DNA of 64,000 nt from Mytilus trossulus (Eukaryota): contig NC_086375.1 of NCBI RefSeq assembly GCF_036588685.1, positions 13,826,001 through 13,890,000 of the forward strand. The letters are read 5' to 3'. This document shows positions 62,045-64,000 of this stretch, one piece after another. The notes beneath the pieces are model-generated. The model was not told the DNA's origin. It made no database searches and saw only the letters and a list, made by a program, of their open reading frames with translations. A program made the translations under genes and the position numbers. The number at the start of each line of letters is the position of its first letter. Within the stretch, counting starts at the first letter, position 1.

Positions 62045-62436
62045 GGAAGTTCGCTTCTCAGTTTCAGAGTTATTAACTTTTTAAAACACTAGTTTATATT
62101 GATAGTGGATTAATAAAGGAATACAAAGAGCAAAAAAATATATAGGTCACTGTGCTTGTTTTCGACATATTAGTCTATGAAATTTTGGCGGGAAAATATT
62201 CTCTCATAACTTTTCTTAGCTTTATCATTGACAAGTAGAAATTCTCAAAAGCTGTTCAAAGAATTTAAATCTTATAAGACTTTTACAGATGGCTTATCAA
62301 TATACATGTAAAAGATTTATAAAAAGACAAATGGGGGTCACCACTCCAGGCATATTTTTTCAAAGCTTTCAAATGGATAAAACCAGAGGATTCCGAACAT
62401 CTGACAAAAAATCCAAGACATGACAAGCCAGCTTCC
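62045..62436. mobile_element. Second TTAA-flanked MITE with imperfect TIRs
   Basis: TTAA|GGAAGTTCGCTT ... AAGCCAGCTTCC|TTAA. Confidence 0.55.
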
Positions 62437-63036
62437 TTAACAATTTTAAAGACCAAGGATGTATAAATATTTGAGCTATATGACATTGAGTGGCCCAACA
62501 GAAAGAGATTTTTCAGTTTGACTGCTCTGGTATCGTTCGTCCCTCTTTTATGAATATTCATAGGAACAAAAATATACAGATTTGGATGATTTCAAATGAT
62601 AAGCGGTATTGTTTCTGTCTGAAAAGAAGGAATTGAACTTGTTAACATCAAAATGACTGTAAGATAAAGCAGGTTAATATATTTTACTAATATTTGAGAA
62701 AATTAGTTTTAAAATGGTTCATATTTGTGTTTCTCGTTTCTCGATTTTTTTATAGATTAGAGCGTTGGTTTAATTAACTGTATTTACAGTTTCACAATAG
62801 TTCTTTTCAGGAGTTCTTTCTATCTTGCTGTTTGGTGTGAACCAAGGCTCCGTGTTGAAGGAAGTTCTTTGACCTATAATGGTTTACTTTTTACTAATTG
62901 TGATTTGGATGTAGAATTGTCTCATTGGCACACATAAAACAACATCTTGTATCTATAAAACAAATTTCCTCGTTGTTTTATGTTTCAATGTTTTGATAAC
63001 TTTTACATTCATGCATTTCACAATGCCTATATTTAA

Positions 63037-63285
63037 TTTTTTATAAATTTCCTGTTTACAAAACTTGGAATTTTCTAAAAACTCAGGATTTTTTTTATTA
63101 GGTATAGATTACCTTAGCCGTATTTGGCACAACTTTTTGGAATTTTGGATCCTCAATGCTCTTCAACTTTGTACTTGTTTGGCTTTATAAATATTTTGAT
63201 TTGAGCGTCACTGATGAGTCTCATATATGTAGACGAAACACGTGTCTGGCGTACTAAATTATAGTCCTGGTTCCTTTGATAACTA
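63037..63285 (+). mobile_element. 5'-truncated retrozyme with hammerhead (63203-63251)
   Basis: Matches 32915-33161. Core CTGATGA...GAAA-CACGTG-TC-TGGCG. Confidence 0.88.
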
Positions 63286-63706
63286 ACGTCACAGTTAGGA
63301 TTTGATTGTTCAATGATTTCATTTACATACTGCTCACCAGTGGACATACACTAAACTCTTATTGTACCACAGGCACCGGTGTGTACTCATGGCATATCAG
63401 GAATCAAAGTTTAACAAATTTTTGAAACTAATTATCTGAAAATTGATTGCATTATGTTTACATGCGTTCATGGAACAGAGAAATGTACCCAGACTCCTAT
63501 TTTTAATGAATCAGTATCTAGGCATCAAGAGGCATGCACATACATTTGTAGGACCACTGACAAGGAAGTAACATGTGGGCTATTTATCAGCACGTCTCAG
63601 TCATACACATCGGAGAATCATGACCAAAATAACAGCACTGTGGCCGCTGTCAGTTTCATAGAATGAATCAATCTGTTTACCAATTTTCAAAAATGTAATT
63701 GATCAA

Positions 63707-64000
63707 GGGTCGATGCCTCTGCTGGTGGACTTTTAGTCCCCAAGGGTATCACCAGCCCAGTAGCCAGTACTTCGGTACTGGCATGAAAATACGGATTTTT
63801 TGTGTTATTAAAATTTGCTGTTACAAAATATTAAAAATTATTATAAATTAAGGAATGTATCTCCCTCGTGCAAAGCTCTGATTCCTTTCACGAATTTGGC
63901 TATACTTTTTGGACCTTTTGGATTATAGCTCTTCATCTTTTATATAAGCTTTGGATTTCAAATATTTTGGCCACGAGCATCACTGAAGAGACATGTATTG
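63707..64000 (+). mobile_element. Second retrozyme family; hammerhead (CTGAAGA core at 63983-63989) cut off by the window edge
   Basis: Shares the structured domain of 32817-32895, then diverges, and ends GAGCATCA-CTGAAGA-GAC-ATGTATT-G. Confidence 0.75.

Overview
AT-rich, repeat-dense animal genomic DNA. The repeat families and gene type suggest a bivalve mollusc, probably Mytilus (inferred, not verified). Protein-coding content is a tandem and inverted cluster of RING-less TRIM-like genes (B-box1, B-box2, coiled coil, NHL-like beta-propeller). Each has its whole CDS in one exon behind a 5'-UTR splice acceptor. There are four intact copies (3246-4943+, 14258-15961+, 22341-24110-, 47383-49086+), one 1-bp-frameshift copy (30292-31979-), a propeller-only exon with a single in-frame stop (60503-61420+) and a decayed 3' relic (~50175-50500+). 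Paralogue differences concentrate in the loops preceding each propeller blade. The intergenic DNA holds many self-cleaving-ribozyme-like retroelements that the ORF track does not show. These are: at least 10 type-I hammerhead retrozyme copies sharing a fixed 3' end; about a dozen circularly permuted (type-P5) twister-like motifs in the 3' tails of Penelope-like retroelement families; one element carrying both a hammerhead and a twister; and a 440-bp tandem unit joining a tRNA-like Pol III promoter to a non-canonical hammerhead. Also present are Penelope-like RT fragments, Helentron-type non-autonomous elements, TTAA-flanked MITEs and several local tandem duplications. All structures and alignments were read by eye, so repeat boundaries are approximate.
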